Assembly (NCBI GenBank): GCA_963735805.1
Contig: CAVTMK010000002.1
Span: 1,024,001-1,088,000 of the forward strand
Length of the DNA stretch: 64,000 nucleotides
Direction: 5' to 3'
From: an uncultured Verrucomicrobiae bacterium
GTDB lineage: Bacteria; Verrucomicrobiota; Verrucomicrobiia; Chthoniobacterales; UBA10450
The first letter of the stretch is position 1, and each line of letters starts with the position of its first letter. Positions 48,776 to 58,952 of the stretch are shown here, one piece after another. The notes beneath the pieces are model-generated. The model was not told the origin of the DNA and made no database searches. It saw only the letters and a list, made by a program, of their open reading frames with translations. Both the position numbers and the translations under genes were made by a program.

Positions 48776-48841
48776 TCCAAACGAAGTCGAAGAATCTCTC
48801 ATATCTATTCAAGAGATGTCTCGACTCCGCTCGACATGACA
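48770..48841. repeat. Palindromic repeat, GTCATTCC...GACATGAC family, copy 2
   Basis: TGTCATTCCAAACGAAGTCGAAGAATCTC...GAGATGTCTCGACTCCGCTCGACATGACA. Confidence 0.8.
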
Positions 48842-48856
48842 ATTGAAATGTAACCT

Positions 48857-49690
48857 ATGCAAATCCTCGCGCCCGCGAAGATAAATCTTTCGTTGAGAAT
48901 TCTCGGACTGCGAAACGACGGGTTCCACGGGCTCGAGACACTAATTGTGCCGGTTTCGCTCTATGATGAAATAAGAATCGATAAAGATGCCCAGGCGAAG
49001 GGAATCAAGTTTCGTTGCGACGATCCATCAGTGCCACAGAGCGACGACAATCTCGCTGTCCGCGCAGCGAAGGCGTTCTTTGAAACAACCAAGATCGAAC
49101 CTGCGATTTCGATCGAGCTCAAGAAGAAAATTCCGAATGGCGCCGGGTTAGGCGGTGGAAGTAGCGACGCTGCTTCCGTCCTGCGTGCGCTCAACGAACT
49201 TTTCGAAACAAAGTTGTCACAGAAAGCGCTCGCCAAAGTGGCGGAGGCGATCGGATCAGATGTTCCATTTTTTATTTTTCAGTCCGCCGCCGATTGCAGG
49301 GGACGCGGCGAAACAGTCACGCCCGTGAAATTGACCAGGCAGTTCTCGATCCTGTTGCTTAAGCCAGATTTCGTGGTCTCAACGGCATGGGCGTACTCGC
49401 GCTGGAAGGATTCACGAGAAATTCCCACAGTTCGTTACGAAGTGCAGGAGTTCGCGGATAGGACTTTTGTGAATGATCTCGAACGTCCGGTCTTCGAAAA
49501 ATTTGTTTTTCTCGCGCAGTTGAAAATGTGGCTGCTCAGTCAACCGGAAGTCGGCGCGGCGCTCATGTCGGGCTCCGGTTCGACGATGTTTGCGGTGATG
49601 CGCGAAAACGCGAGTGTGGATTCTTTGGAGAAGCGTGCCAAAGCCGCACTCGATCCGGAACTTTGGACCTGCGCCTGCGAAACGATCTGA
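48857..49690 (+). CDS. ispE: 4-diphosphocytidyl-2-C-methyl-D-erythritol kinase
   Basis: APAKINL, GAGLGGGSSDAA, GSDVPFF, NDLE, MSGSG. Confidence 0.96.
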   Translation: MQILAPAKINLSLRILGLRNDGFHGLETLIVPVSLYDEIRIDKDAQAKGIKFRCDDPSVPQSDDNLAVRAAKAFFETTKIEPAISIELKKKIPNGAGLGGGSSDAASVLRALNELFETKLSQKALAKVAEAIGSDVPFFIFQSAADCRGRGETVTPVKLTRQFSILLLKPDFVVSTAWAYSRWKDSREIPTVRYEVQEFADRTFVNDLERPVFEKFVFLAQLKMWLLSQPEVGAALMSGSGSTMFAVMRENASVDSLEKRAKAALDPELWTCACETI

Positions 49691-49691
49691 T

Positions 49692-51950
49692 TTAAACTCG
49701 CGAGCGGCGGCGACCTGCCCCGCGACTGCGGGACGAATATTTCACCGGCCGTCGTTTCGGTTCGATCTTCGAAATGCCGGTGCCGCTCTTTACCTCCATG
49801 ATTTGGTCGCGCAGAAGCGCTGCGCGTTCGAATTCCAGGTTCGCGGAAGCCTCCTGCATTTCCTCTTCCAGTTCTCGCAGCAATTCGGTGACATTGAAAT
49901 CGCCGCCAGCCTCCTGGATAATGGAGGCGGCGATTTCGCGCCCGCGAAGGATGGTGTGCAAACTTTCCTGCACGGCCCGCCGAACCGTTTGCGGGGTAAT
50001 TCCATGTTTCTCGTTGTATTCCATCTGCTTCGCGCGCCTGTACTCGGAAATCGAGATGAGCGCTTCCATACTTTGGGTGACCTGATCGGCGAAAAGCACT
50101 ACTTCCCCGTTCACATGTCGCGCGGCGCGACCTGCGGTTTGAATTAGAGAAGTTTCGCTGCGGAGAAATCCCTCCTTGTCCGCATCGAGAATACAAACCA
50201 GCGAAACCTCGGGAAGATCGAGACCTTCGCGGAGCAAATTGATGCCCACGAGAATATCGAAATCCGCCGCACGCAATCCGCGCAAGATTTCGACTCGCTC
50301 GATAGCATCGATGTCGCTATGCAAGTACCGGACTTTCAACCCGACATCGCGCAGGTAGTCCGCCAAATCTTCCGCTGTTCGCTTGGTTAGCGTTGTCACC
50401 AGAACTCGCTCATCCTTCTCAACGCGCTGACGACAGAGCTCGATCGTCTCGTCGATCTGATTCTTGAGCGGCTTCAGCGTGATTTTCGGATCGAGCAGTC
50501 CGGTAGGACGGATGATCTGCTCGACGACCAGCGGCGCGCCGGGCGTGTGCACATCGAATTTTTCGGCAGGCTGATCGGTAGGCGAGATACGGACTTCTGA
50601 ATTGAACGTTCGGCGTTTAACGCCTGCCCGCGACTTGGTAGCGTTGACCGTTGGGCGTTTTTCGCCCGGCAACACGAATGGCACCAATTCCTCTTCGCCA
50701 ATTCGTTGTCGTCTGTGCCGAATGTATCCGTCATTTGCAACTATGCTGTTTTGAATTTCAAATTCCGCCGGGGTCGCGCTGACATAAACGGTCTGGTTCG
50801 TCAGCTTCATGAACTCATCGAAATTGAGCGGCCTGTTATCGAGCGCGCTCGGGAGGCGAAACCCGTAATTTACGAGCACAGTCTTCCGCGAGCGGTCGCC
50901 CTCATACATCCCGCCGATTTGCGGAATGGTGGCGTGCGACTCGTCGATGACGACCAGGAAATCTTTCGGAAAAAAGTCGATGATTGTATACGGTTTGGAA
51001 CCTGGTCGACGCCCGGACAAATGACGCGAGTAATTCTCGATTCCGTTGCAGAAGCCCATTTCCTGCAACATTTCGAGATCATATTCCGTCCGCATCCGCA
51101 AGCGTTGCGCTTCGAGAAGTTTGTTCTGCGACTCCAGTTCCTTGATTCGCTCTTCCAGTTCTTCGCGGATCGTCCGCAACGCGCGATTGAGTTTGTCCGC
51201 CGGTGTCACGAATTGTTTGGCGGGGTAAAAGGTAATTACGGATAACGACTCGTGTGCATGACCAGTCAAAGGATCAAACCGTGTAATCGCTTCAATTTCG
51301 TCACCAAAAAACTCGATCCGGATCCCTTCTTCGTCGGCGGAAGCAGGATACACTTCCACGACGTCGCCCCGGACGCGGAACCTGCCACGCGCGAAGTTGA
51401 CGTCGTTGCGTTCGTACAACATGTCGATCAAACGGCCGAGCACGGCTTCGCGCGAGATATGTTGTCCATTTTTCACGGTCAGTAGCATCTGCAAGTAATC
51501 TTCCGGCGAAGTGACACCGTAAATGCAGGAGACACTGGCTACGACAATTGTGTCGCGGCGCGAAAGCAATGCGCTGGTCGCTGCCAGTCGCAACCGCTCG
51601 ATCTCTTCGTTAATAGAGGAATCCTTCTCGATGTAGGTGTCAGAACGAGGGATATAAGCTTCCGGCTGGTAATAATCGAAGTAGCTGACGAAATATTCCA
51701 CAGCATTCCGCGGAAAGAACTGCTTGAACTCTGAATAAAGCTGTGCGGCCAGGGTCTTATTGTGGGAAATGACAAGCGTGGGCCGATCCAACTCCCGGAT
51801 CACGTTCGCGATTGTGAAAGTTTTGCCCGAACCGGTGACACCTAACAGTGTTTGGTGGCGGTTGCCGGCTTCGATGGACTTGGTCAGTTTGGCAATCGCC
51901 TGTCCCTGGTCGCCGCGTGGTCTGTAGTTCGATTCGAGCTGAAAGGACAT
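49692..51950 (-). CDS. uvrB: Excinuclease ABC subunit B, with an internal insertion
   Basis: [40 protein letters not shown]-terminal UVR domain. Confidence 0.97.
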   Translation of the reverse strand: MSFQLESNYRPRGDQGQAIAKLTKSIEAGNRHQTLLGVTGSGKTFTIANVIRELDRPTLVISHNKTLAAQLYSEFKQFFPRNAVEYFVSYFDYYQPEAYIPRSDTYIEKDSSINEEIERLRLAATSALLSRRDTIVVASVSCIYGVTSPEDYLQMLLTVKNGQHISREAVLGRLIDMLYERNDVNFARGRFRVRGDVVEVYPASADEEGIRIEFFGDEIEAITRFDPLTGHAHESLSVITFYPAKQFVTPADKLNRALRTIREELEERIKELESQNKLLEAQRLRMRTEYDLEMLQEMGFCNGIENYSRHLSGRRPGSKPYTIIDFFPKDFLVVIDESHATIPQIGGMYEGDRSRKTVLVNYGFRLPSALDNRPLNFDEFMKLTNQTVYVSATPAEFEIQNSIVANDGYIRHRRQRIGEEELVPFVLPGEKRPTVNATKSRAGVKRRTFNSEVRISPTDQPAEKFDVHTPGAPLVVEQIIRPTGLLDPKITLKPLKNQIDETIELCRQRVEKDERVLVTTLTKRTAEDLADYLRDVGLKVRYLHSDIDAIERVEILRGLRAADFDILVGINLLREGLDLPEVSLVCILDADKEGFLRSETSLIQTAGRAARHVNGEVVLFADQVTQSMEALISISEYRRAKQMEYNEKHGITPQTVRRAVQESLHTILRGREIAASIIQEAGGDFNVTELLRELEEEMQEASANLEFERAALLRDQIMEVKSGTGISKIEPKRRPVKYSSRSRGAGRRRSRV

Positions 51951-52200
51951 TCTACAGTCTAGCAGCGACTGCTAAGGATGCCCAGCAGCGCCTGGCAGTA
52001 TCAGCTAAGCGCTGAAGATGTGGGCCGGGATTCGTACGAGATGTGTCGATGGCAATTATTTGCGTCAAAACGCCTCCAGAATGAGGCGGCTCGAGGGAAA
52101 ATGACAGTTTCGCTCGAGCCGTTGGAGGCGCCACTACAATTTGACTCGCCGCGTCGAGCCGATGATAAGATCGAGACTGGGATGCCGTGAAATCTCTTAT

Positions 52201-54600
52201 ATGTCTGCTGATTCTGGGTCGAGTGCTCGGTTAGAGATCGGTCACGTTCTTTTTATGGACGTGGTGGGTTACTCGAGATTGTTGCTGGACGAACAGAGTG
52301 AGGTTCAGGAACGATTGACGGAAATTGTTCGAAACTCGGAGCAAGTGCGCGCTGCGGAGGCGGCACATAAACTCATTCGTCTGCCGGTTGGCGATGGAAT
52401 GGCCCTCGTTTTTTTCAACAGTCCCGAGGCGCCCGTGCAATGCGCCATGGAGATAAGTGAAAAGTTAAAGCAGTATCCTCAGCTCAAGCTACGGATGGGA
52501 ATTCACAGCGGGCCGGTCAATGAAGTTCGGGATGTAAATGGTCGAGCAAATGTCGCAGGTGCAGGAATTAACATTGCGCAACGAGTGATGGATTGCGGCG
52601 ATTCGGGTCACATTCTCTTATCCAGGCGTGTAGCCGAAGACCTGGGTCATTCGCGACAGTGGCGCCCTTACTTGCATGACCTAGGCGAATGCGCTGTAAA
52701 ACACGGCGTCCCCGTCTTTATAGTCAATTTCGCGGCCGACGAGATTGGGAACGCGCAATTACCCGAGAAGTTTAAACAATTGCAATCGGCGCAAGCCGCG
52801 CAGGCAGCAAGTGGTTTGCCATCGCCCGCTCGACGCAGAGCCGTCTTGACCGTGGCCGGCGTTCTCTTGCTTGCCGCCATCGGGTTCAGCATGTGGTTTT
52901 ATTCGAAACAAGCAGCGCTGACCTCTCTGACAACGGAGAAAACCATCGCCGTATTGCCATTCCAAAACTTTAGCCCAGACAAAGAGAACGCATTTTTCGC
53001 AGACGGCGTTCAAGATGACATCCTCACTAGTCTGACAAAGATCAAAGAGCTCAGGGTCATCAGTCGTTCGTCTGTCATGAAGTTTCGCGACGCTGCAGGC
53101 CAGAACCTGCGCCAGATCGGCAAAACACTTGGCGTGGCGAATGTTCTTGAGGGTAGTGTTCGGCGCGAAGGTGACCGGGTAGTCGTCAACGTGCAATTGG
53201 TCGATGCGCAGAGCGCCCGGCAGATATGGGCGAACCGTTACGACCGTACCCTGGCTGATTCGCTGGGATTGCAAGGTGAGTTGGCCACTGAAATCGCCGA
53301 CGCTCTGCGAGCTACGCTCAGTACCGATGAACAAGCGCGAGTAACAGCGAAACCTACGAAGAATCCGGATGCATATGTGTTTTATTTACGCGCGAATCAG
53401 ATCTCGCGAAATCCCGACATGACGCTCGAGGATTACAAGACCGCCGAGCAACTTTACATCCAGGCGATCGCGCTCGACCCGGATTTCGCGCTGGCCCATG
53501 CGCGGCTTGCATCCGTTTGCGCTGAGATTTTCCATTACTATGAGCCAACCGAGGATTGGAAAACCAAAGCTCGCGCCGAAGCTCAAATTGCCCTTCGTCT
53601 CGAACCCAACCTGGCGGAAGCACACTTTGCCCTCGGTCAATGCATCTATTGGATGGATCAGGATTACGAGCGGGCTCTTGAACAATTCGATATCGCCGCT
53701 CGTTTAGCGCCGAGCAACGGAGATATTGCTCGTTTGATTGCGGCCATTAAACGCCGGCAGGGTAAGTGGCAACAAGCGCTCCAGGAATATGAACGGGTTG
53801 CCAGGCTGGATCCACAAAACCCAAACACCGTCCGCGAACTTATCTTTATCAACACTGCAATGCGCCGCTGGCCGGAAGCGGCACTGTGGGCAAAGCGAAT
53901 GCGCACGATGGCTCCGGCGTCGATTGTTGCGAAGATTCAGAGTGGATACGTCGATTTTTGGTGGAAGGGAGATACCCAATTGCTAAAGTCACTTGTCGAT
54001 ACTGTCCCTGCCACTAATGATCCAGATGGCGCTGTCACTGCGTGCCGATGGGAAGCAGACATGCTTCGACGTAATTATTCCGAGGCCAAAAATGTTCTGC
54101 AAACTTCGCCGCTCGATGAGCTCTCGTACACGAACGCTGGTACGACACCGATAAGCTTTTTCCAAGGCTGCATTTATCTCGCACAGGGCGATAATGTGAA
54201 TGCTCAGAAAGCATTCGAACTCGCGAGACCCGCGTTTGAAACGGCTGTGAAGGAGGCGCCCGAAAGCGCCTATCGACACGCGAACCTGGGTTGGTTGTAC
54301 GGCTTTATGGGGCGAAAAGACGACGCGATCAGGGAGGGACAACGCGCGGTCGCACTCAAACCAGAATCGAAAGATGCGGTCGACGGTGCCCTGATGAATT
54401 GCTACCTCGCATTGATCTACACGCGTGTCGGAGAGAAGGAGCTCGCCATCCCATTGATTACACGCCTTCTCAAAACTCCGGGCGCAGTGGATAGCGTCGA
54501 TTACAGCATAACCGTTAACGATCTGAAATATCGCTGGGAATGGGACCCTATTCGGACCGATCCGCGTTTTCAAAAGCTCCTCGAACATCCCGCGAAGTGA
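52201..54600 (+). CDS. Class III nucleotide cyclase domain, TM helix, TolB-like domain and TPR repeats
   Basis: FMDVVGYS, GDG, RMGIHSG, NIAQR; IAVLPFQN...VLEGSV; TPRs; DPRF terminus. Confidence 0.88.
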   Translation: MSADSGSSARLEIGHVLFMDVVGYSRLLLDEQSEVQERLTEIVRNSEQVRAAEAAHKLIRLPVGDGMALVFFNSPEAPVQCAMEISEKLKQYPQLKLRMGIHSGPVNEVRDVNGRANVAGAGINIAQRVMDCGDSGHILLSRRVAEDLGHSRQWRPYLHDLGECAVKHGVPVFIVNFAADEIGNAQLPEKFKQLQSAQAAQAASGLPSPARRRAVLTVAGVLLLAAIGFSMWFYSKQAALTSLTTEKTIAVLPFQNFSPDKENAFFADGVQDDILTSLTKIKELRVISRSSVMKFRDAAGQNLRQIGKTLGVANVLEGSVRREGDRVVVNVQLVDAQSARQIWANRYDRTLADSLGLQGELATEIADALRATLSTDEQARVTAKPTKNPDAYVFYLRANQISRNPDMTLEDYKTAEQLYIQAIALDPDFALAHARLASVCAEIFHYYEPTEDWKTKARAEAQIALRLEPNLAEAHFALGQCIYWMDQDYERALEQFDIAARLAPSNGDIARLIAAIKRRQGKWQQALQEYERVARLDPQNPNTVRELIFINTAMRRWPEAALWAKRMRTMAPASIVAKIQSGYVDFWWKGDTQLLKSLVDTVPATNDPDGAVTACRWEADMLRRNYSEAKNVLQTSPLDELSYTNAGTTPISFFQGCIYLAQGDNVNAQKAFELARPAFETAVKEAPESAYRHANLGWLYGFMGRKDDAIREGQRAVALKPESKDAVDGALMNCYLALIYTRVGEKELAIPLITRLLKTPGAVDSVDYSITVNDLKYRWEWDPIRTDPRFQKLLEHPAK

Positions 54601-54739
54601 CTCGTTAGCGCTTAACTTCGCCAGGTATGGCCTGACTCTGGTGCAGGAGAATTCAGGCGCTCGCCAGCTTGAATCGAACTCCGAACTTGTGGATTGCCAA
54701 CGGCGGACAAAATATGAGGCTTAATCTGCCAACCAAGCA

Positions 54740-56419
54740 GTGAATCCTAAAAAGTTTTTTTCCGAGCTAAAACGACGAAGAGTTTACAGCGTCGCCGTCG
54801 CCTATCTTGTCGGCGGGTGGGCGCTCGCTCAAGGCATTGCTCAGGTATTGCCGGTGTTCAACATCTCGAATTTGGTCGTGCGCCTTATCGTGCTCCTAAT
54901 CATACTGGGATTTCCGGTCGCGCTTGCACTCTCTTGGTTTTTTGATCTCACGCGATATGGAATTGTCCGAACGCCCGATCTCGATACTCGCCTTATCGGC
55001 AGTATCCAATCGCAACCTGACTCCGATCGTGGCGACTTCACCGAAAAATCGATCGCTGTTTTACCCTTCAACGATCTAAGCCCGTCCAGGGACCACGCCT
55101 ACTTTGGCGAAGGTATTGCCGAGGAACTGCTGGGAGCGTTGGCGAAAGTTGACGGTCTGCGCGTCGCGGCGCGGCGGTCTTCATTCTGGTTTAAGGACAA
55201 AGCGGCCGAGCTTGGCGAAATCGCATCAAAGTTAAACGTTAGGCACGTTCTTGAGGGTAGCGTCCGTCGCGATGGCAATCGAGTGCGTATCACCGCGGAA
55301 CTAATCGATGCCTCCGATGGATTTACTATTTGGTCAGAAACATATGAGCGCGAGATGCACGGAATTTTTGCGCTACAGGATGAGATTACCTGTTCCATTG
55401 TCGATACTCTCAAGCTCAAACTGGCGATCTCACCGTCGCGCCAGGCTCGAAGCACGGATGCCTATGATGCTTATCTGGAGGGCTTGGTTTATTCCGACAA
55501 AAACACCGAGCCCGAGTTGCGCAAGAGTCTGGAATTTTTTCAGCAGGCGCTCGAAAAGGATCCCAAGTTTAGTCGGGCGTGGACCGGAATCGCGAAAGAT
55601 TGGCTTTGGCTGGCCGACGCTTACGTTCCGCCGCTTGAGGCGTATCCAAAGGTTCGTGATGCCGCTCTTCGAGCTTTGGAACTCGACGACGAGGAGGCTG
55701 AAGCGCACGTGTATCTTGCCGAAACCAAACGCATACTGGATTGGGACCTTGATGGAGCAGAGGCGGAATTCAATCGAGCAGTCGCAATCGATCCGAATTC
55801 GACGCCATCGAATTATTTTATCGCTGCGCTTTACGCTGCCCGCGGTGACCGCGAGAAAGCACTGGCTTACCTGCAGCGTACGTCGAAAATCGATCCGGCC
55901 TCGCTTTGGGTGAGTAATTTCGCTTGCGAGCTTTACCGTTATTTTGGTCTTTACGATGAAGCGATCACGGCCGGCGAACGCGCGCTCCAACTTGATCCGA
56001 CATTTGCCCATTATGGCGAGCCCTCGCTTGCAGCGCTGTATCGCGAGATGGGTCGCTTCGATGACGCAATTGCTCTCTACGAAAAAGCGCGAGAGTTCAC
56101 TGGAAGGCCAGGATTTGGTCTGGCGATCACGTACGCTCGTATGCACCAGCGCGAGAAGGCGCTGGAAGCTCTCGAAGGAGCTATCGCAGGCTGGGGCTAT
56201 CGTCCAGGCGACGCCATCGCACATGTGTACGTAACCCTTGGCGCCTATGACGACGCAATTCGCGAACTCGAGCGCGCGTGCGACCAACGTTCGTCATCCT
56301 TGCACGGCATCGGCATCGCTCCCGAGTTTTTGCCGCTTCGTTCGGACAAACGCTTCAGGTCAATTCTCCAAAGAATCGGACTTGAACCCGGGAAAGTCTT
56401 CGCGGCGACCGCGTCGTAA
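54740..56419 (+). CDS. Membrane protein with TolB-like and TPR domains
   Basis: FFSELKRRRVY N-terminal TM module, SIAVLPF, VLEGSVRR, TPRs. Confidence 0.85.
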   Translation: MNPKKFFSELKRRRVYSVAVAYLVGGWALAQGIAQVLPVFNISNLVVRLIVLLIILGFPVALALSWFFDLTRYGIVRTPDLDTRLIGSIQSQPDSDRGDFTEKSIAVLPFNDLSPSRDHAYFGEGIAEELLGALAKVDGLRVAARRSSFWFKDKAAELGEIASKLNVRHVLEGSVRRDGNRVRITAELIDASDGFTIWSETYEREMHGIFALQDEITCSIVDTLKLKLAISPSRQARSTDAYDAYLEGLVYSDKNTEPELRKSLEFFQQALEKDPKFSRAWTGIAKDWLWLADAYVPPLEAYPKVRDAALRALELDDEEAEAHVYLAETKRILDWDLDGAEAEFNRAVAIDPNSTPSNYFIAALYAARGDREKALAYLQRTSKIDPASLWVSNFACELYRYFGLYDEAITAGERALQLDPTFAHYGEPSLAALYREMGRFDDAIALYEKAREFTGRPGFGLAITYARMHQREKALEALEGAIAGWGYRPGDAIAHVYVTLGAYDDAIRELERACDQRSSSLHGIGIAPEFLPLRSDKRFRSILQRIGLEPGKVFAATAS

Positions 56420-57292
56420 TTATTGCACAATCGCGTCGCGGCCGTGGCCGTGAGACCGAACACCGTATTTGTTTAAATCCTGCTGCGCCACATGCATTCC
56501 AAAGAGCAGGATCGCAATCAGACCAAAGTATAATATCGACATCGTCCAGCGCTGGGCAGGTGTGACTTCGAAATAATGCTGTTCTTCTTCCGTTCGTTTT
56601 CGGAAGAGCGAATAGACCCTTGGCAGCGACAACAGCACAATTAACCAGATGATAAAGTTTGGATACTTCCACCCAAACCAGAGGAGCACTGCGAATCCTG
56701 GCAACCAAAGCCAGCGCGAAAGCGCCGTCACGATGCGCCCGCCATCGAGCATTCCGACCGGAGTCAGGTTAAACAGGTTGAGAAAATACCCAAACCAGGC
56801 GAGGGCGATAAAAAGGGGTGCGGCGAACCATTCGCCCAAGACGTTGCAAACAAAGGCACCCAAGCTTCCCAGCATTGGGCCGCCGATACCGACGCATGCT
56901 TCTATCCACGCGTTGCGCGGCGCTTCCTTAAGGGCGATAAACGCGCCCATAAACGGAATAAAGACAGGCGCGCCCACCTTGAGTCCGAACTTCTTGGCGA
57001 TAAGCAGATGTCCCGTTTCGTGTATCAGCAAGAGCAGGACAAATCCCAGTGCGAACTGCCAGCCCCATATCTGGGTGTAGATCCAGACCATCAATAGCAT
57101 GGTCCCACCCGATTTCAGCAGGATGGGGAGAAATTTCAGGAGCGGCAGAAGTACAAACTTCAATTTCGCGAAAAACTTTGCCATCACGGCCCCGACCACT
57201 GCAATTGGTCCCAGCGCCTTTTTTATTCGGCTCCACGCCGTCTCCTCCGCCGGCGCCTTGTACTCTTCGGCTTTCTCAGTTTGAAGGTCCAT
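56420..57292 (-). CDS. Site-2 protease (M50) family
   Basis: HETGH zinc motif, NLTPVGMLDGG. Confidence 0.9.
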   Translation of the reverse strand: MDLQTEKAEEYKAPAEETAWSRIKKALGPIAVVGAVMAKFFAKLKFVLLPLLKFLPILLKSGGTMLLMVWIYTQIWGWQFALGFVLLLLIHETGHLLIAKKFGLKVGAPVFIPFMGAFIALKEAPRNAWIEACVGIGGPMLGSLGAFVCNVLGEWFAAPLFIALAWFGYFLNLFNLTPVGMLDGGRIVTALSRWLWLPGFAVLLWFGWKYPNFIIWLIVLLSLPRVYSLFRKRTEEEQHYFEVTPAQRWTMSILYFGLIAILLFGMHVAQQDLNKYGVRSHGHGRDAIVQ

Positions 57293-57362
57293 CACTCGGA
57301 GGCTAAACCGTGAAATCGTTGAATCGGCAATCCGTTTTTAACTTTGTAGCTGTTTTAACTTT

Positions 57363-58952
57363 TCAACCTTTCAGTTCGTCAAAGGCATCGCCCAAGTGAT
57401 CGAGGACGTCGCGCGGCAAAAGCGATTGTTCGCTTTGGCTGCCTCCAAAAATGGCGATTTCCGCAGCGCGCCCGCACAACCAAGCGCCGAGTCGGGCCGC
57501 ATCGTAAAGAGACAAGCCCTGTCCCACCAATCCTGCGCAGACTCCCGTGAGAATGTCGCCCATTCCGCCCGTGGCCATTCCCGGATTGCCAGTTGTATTA
57601 TAACTTAACGGACGATCCCGTTCAGCTACGATCGTTCGGCTGCCCTTCAATAAAAGCGTCACCGGAAAACGCTGGCAGAATTTCGTCGCTGTTTTGGCGC
57701 GTCTTTCCTTCTCATCGTCTGAAAGCCGTTTCATTTCACCGGGATGTGGTGTGAGCAACCGTTTGCCCTTGCAATGCCTGAGCGTTGAGATTTTTTCGGC
57801 CAAAATATTCAGGGCGTCAGCGTCAATCACCATTGGTTGCTTCGCTTTTTCGATCAGCTCAAGAATTTCCACGGCCCGGGACCTGCCAAGACCGGGTCCG
57901 ACTGCCCAGACATCGGCTTTTTGCTTTAGCAAATCACGATAAGATGTGAGTGGTTTGACCATTGATTCCATTGGCGCGGCGCCGGCGACAATCTCGTAGA
58001 TTTCTTCAGGAACGAAGACCTCGACCAACCCTGCGCCAGCGCGCAATGCGCCCTGTGATGTCATCAGAGCTGCGCCAATGAATCCCCTGGAACCCGCAAC
58101 AATGCCAATGCGTCCACATTGGTTCTTGTATGTGCTGAATTTACGCCTGGGCAATAATTCATGGAGAGTTGGCAGGGCGGCAATAACTTCTTTGGCTCTT
58201 TTTTCCGGAGCATGCAGTTCGTTTAACGACACAACTTCCAGCCTGCCTACGAAGTTCAGCGCGTCGTCGGCAACCAAGCCCGGCTTCGTGAACCCGATCG
58301 TTACCGTAAAATCCGCGACAACACAGTCGCGATCAGCCTTCCCGGAATCGCCGTCAAGACCGGTCGGAAGATCGACAGCAAAAACGTAAGCGTCCTTTTC
58401 TGCCCGCAACTGATTGATAGACCGACAGGCGGCGCGGATCGGATCGCGCAGCGGCAGCTTCGCGCCCAGTCCAAGCAAGCCATCGAGAATTATCAGCGGG
58501 GCCGCAGTGGCTATGTACGCCTCCGACGAAATTGCTTCCTGTGCCGCGGACAACTCCTCAGCCGCTTCCGCGAAAAGTTCGACAAGGACCACGCCTAAAT
58601 CCATTCCGCTGCCGCGGGACGGCGTCGCGCCTAGAGTTTCGGGGGGTCTACGGCGCAGGCTTTCCAGTTTCTTGCGCGTCAGTCCGCTGCAATCGCCTTC
58701 CTGAAAAGCAAGGCGCACCTCGATTTTCCACCCGAGCCGTCGTAAGCGTTCAGCCGCAACCAGCGCGTCACCGGCATTGTTGCCTTTGCCGGCAAATACG
58801 ATGCACCTGCCCGGTCTGTCGAAAAATCTGGTGACGGCTCGCGCAATGCCGGCACCAGCCTTGTCCATTAGCGCTTCAACTTCGACCCCCCGTGCGAAAG
58901 CAGCTTCTTCCGCAGCTCGCATTTGGGCCGAAGTCAGAATGGGGAGATTCAA
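57363..58952 (-). CDS. nnr: Bifunctional NAD(P)HX epimerase/dehydratase
   Basis: GKGNNAGD, DLPTG, GPGLG, DADAL, TPHPGE, ATGGMGD. Confidence 0.92.
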   Translation of the reverse strand: MNLPILTSAQMRAAEEAAFARGVEVEALMDKAGAGIARAVTRFFDRPGRCIVFAGKGNNAGDALVAAERLRRLGWKIEVRLAFQEGDCSGLTRKKLESLRRRPPETLGATPSRGSGMDLGVVLVELFAEAAEELSAAQEAISSEAYIATAAPLIILDGLLGLGAKLPLRDPIRAACRSINQLRAEKDAYVFAVDLPTGLDGDSGKADRDCVVADFTVTIGFTKPGLVADDALNFVGRLEVVSLNELHAPEKRAKEVIAALPTLHELLPRRKFSTYKNQCGRIGIVAGSRGFIGAALMTSQGALRAGAGLVEVFVPEEIYEIVAGAAPMESMVKPLTSYRDLLKQKADVWAVGPGLGRSRAVEILELIEKAKQPMVIDADALNILAEKISTLRHCKGKRLLTPHPGEMKRLSDDEKERRAKTATKFCQRFPVTLLLKGSRTIVAERDRPLSYNTTGNPGMATGGMGDILTGVCAGLVGQGLSLYDAARLGAWLCGRAAEIAIFGGSQSEQSLLPRDVLDHLGDAFDELKG

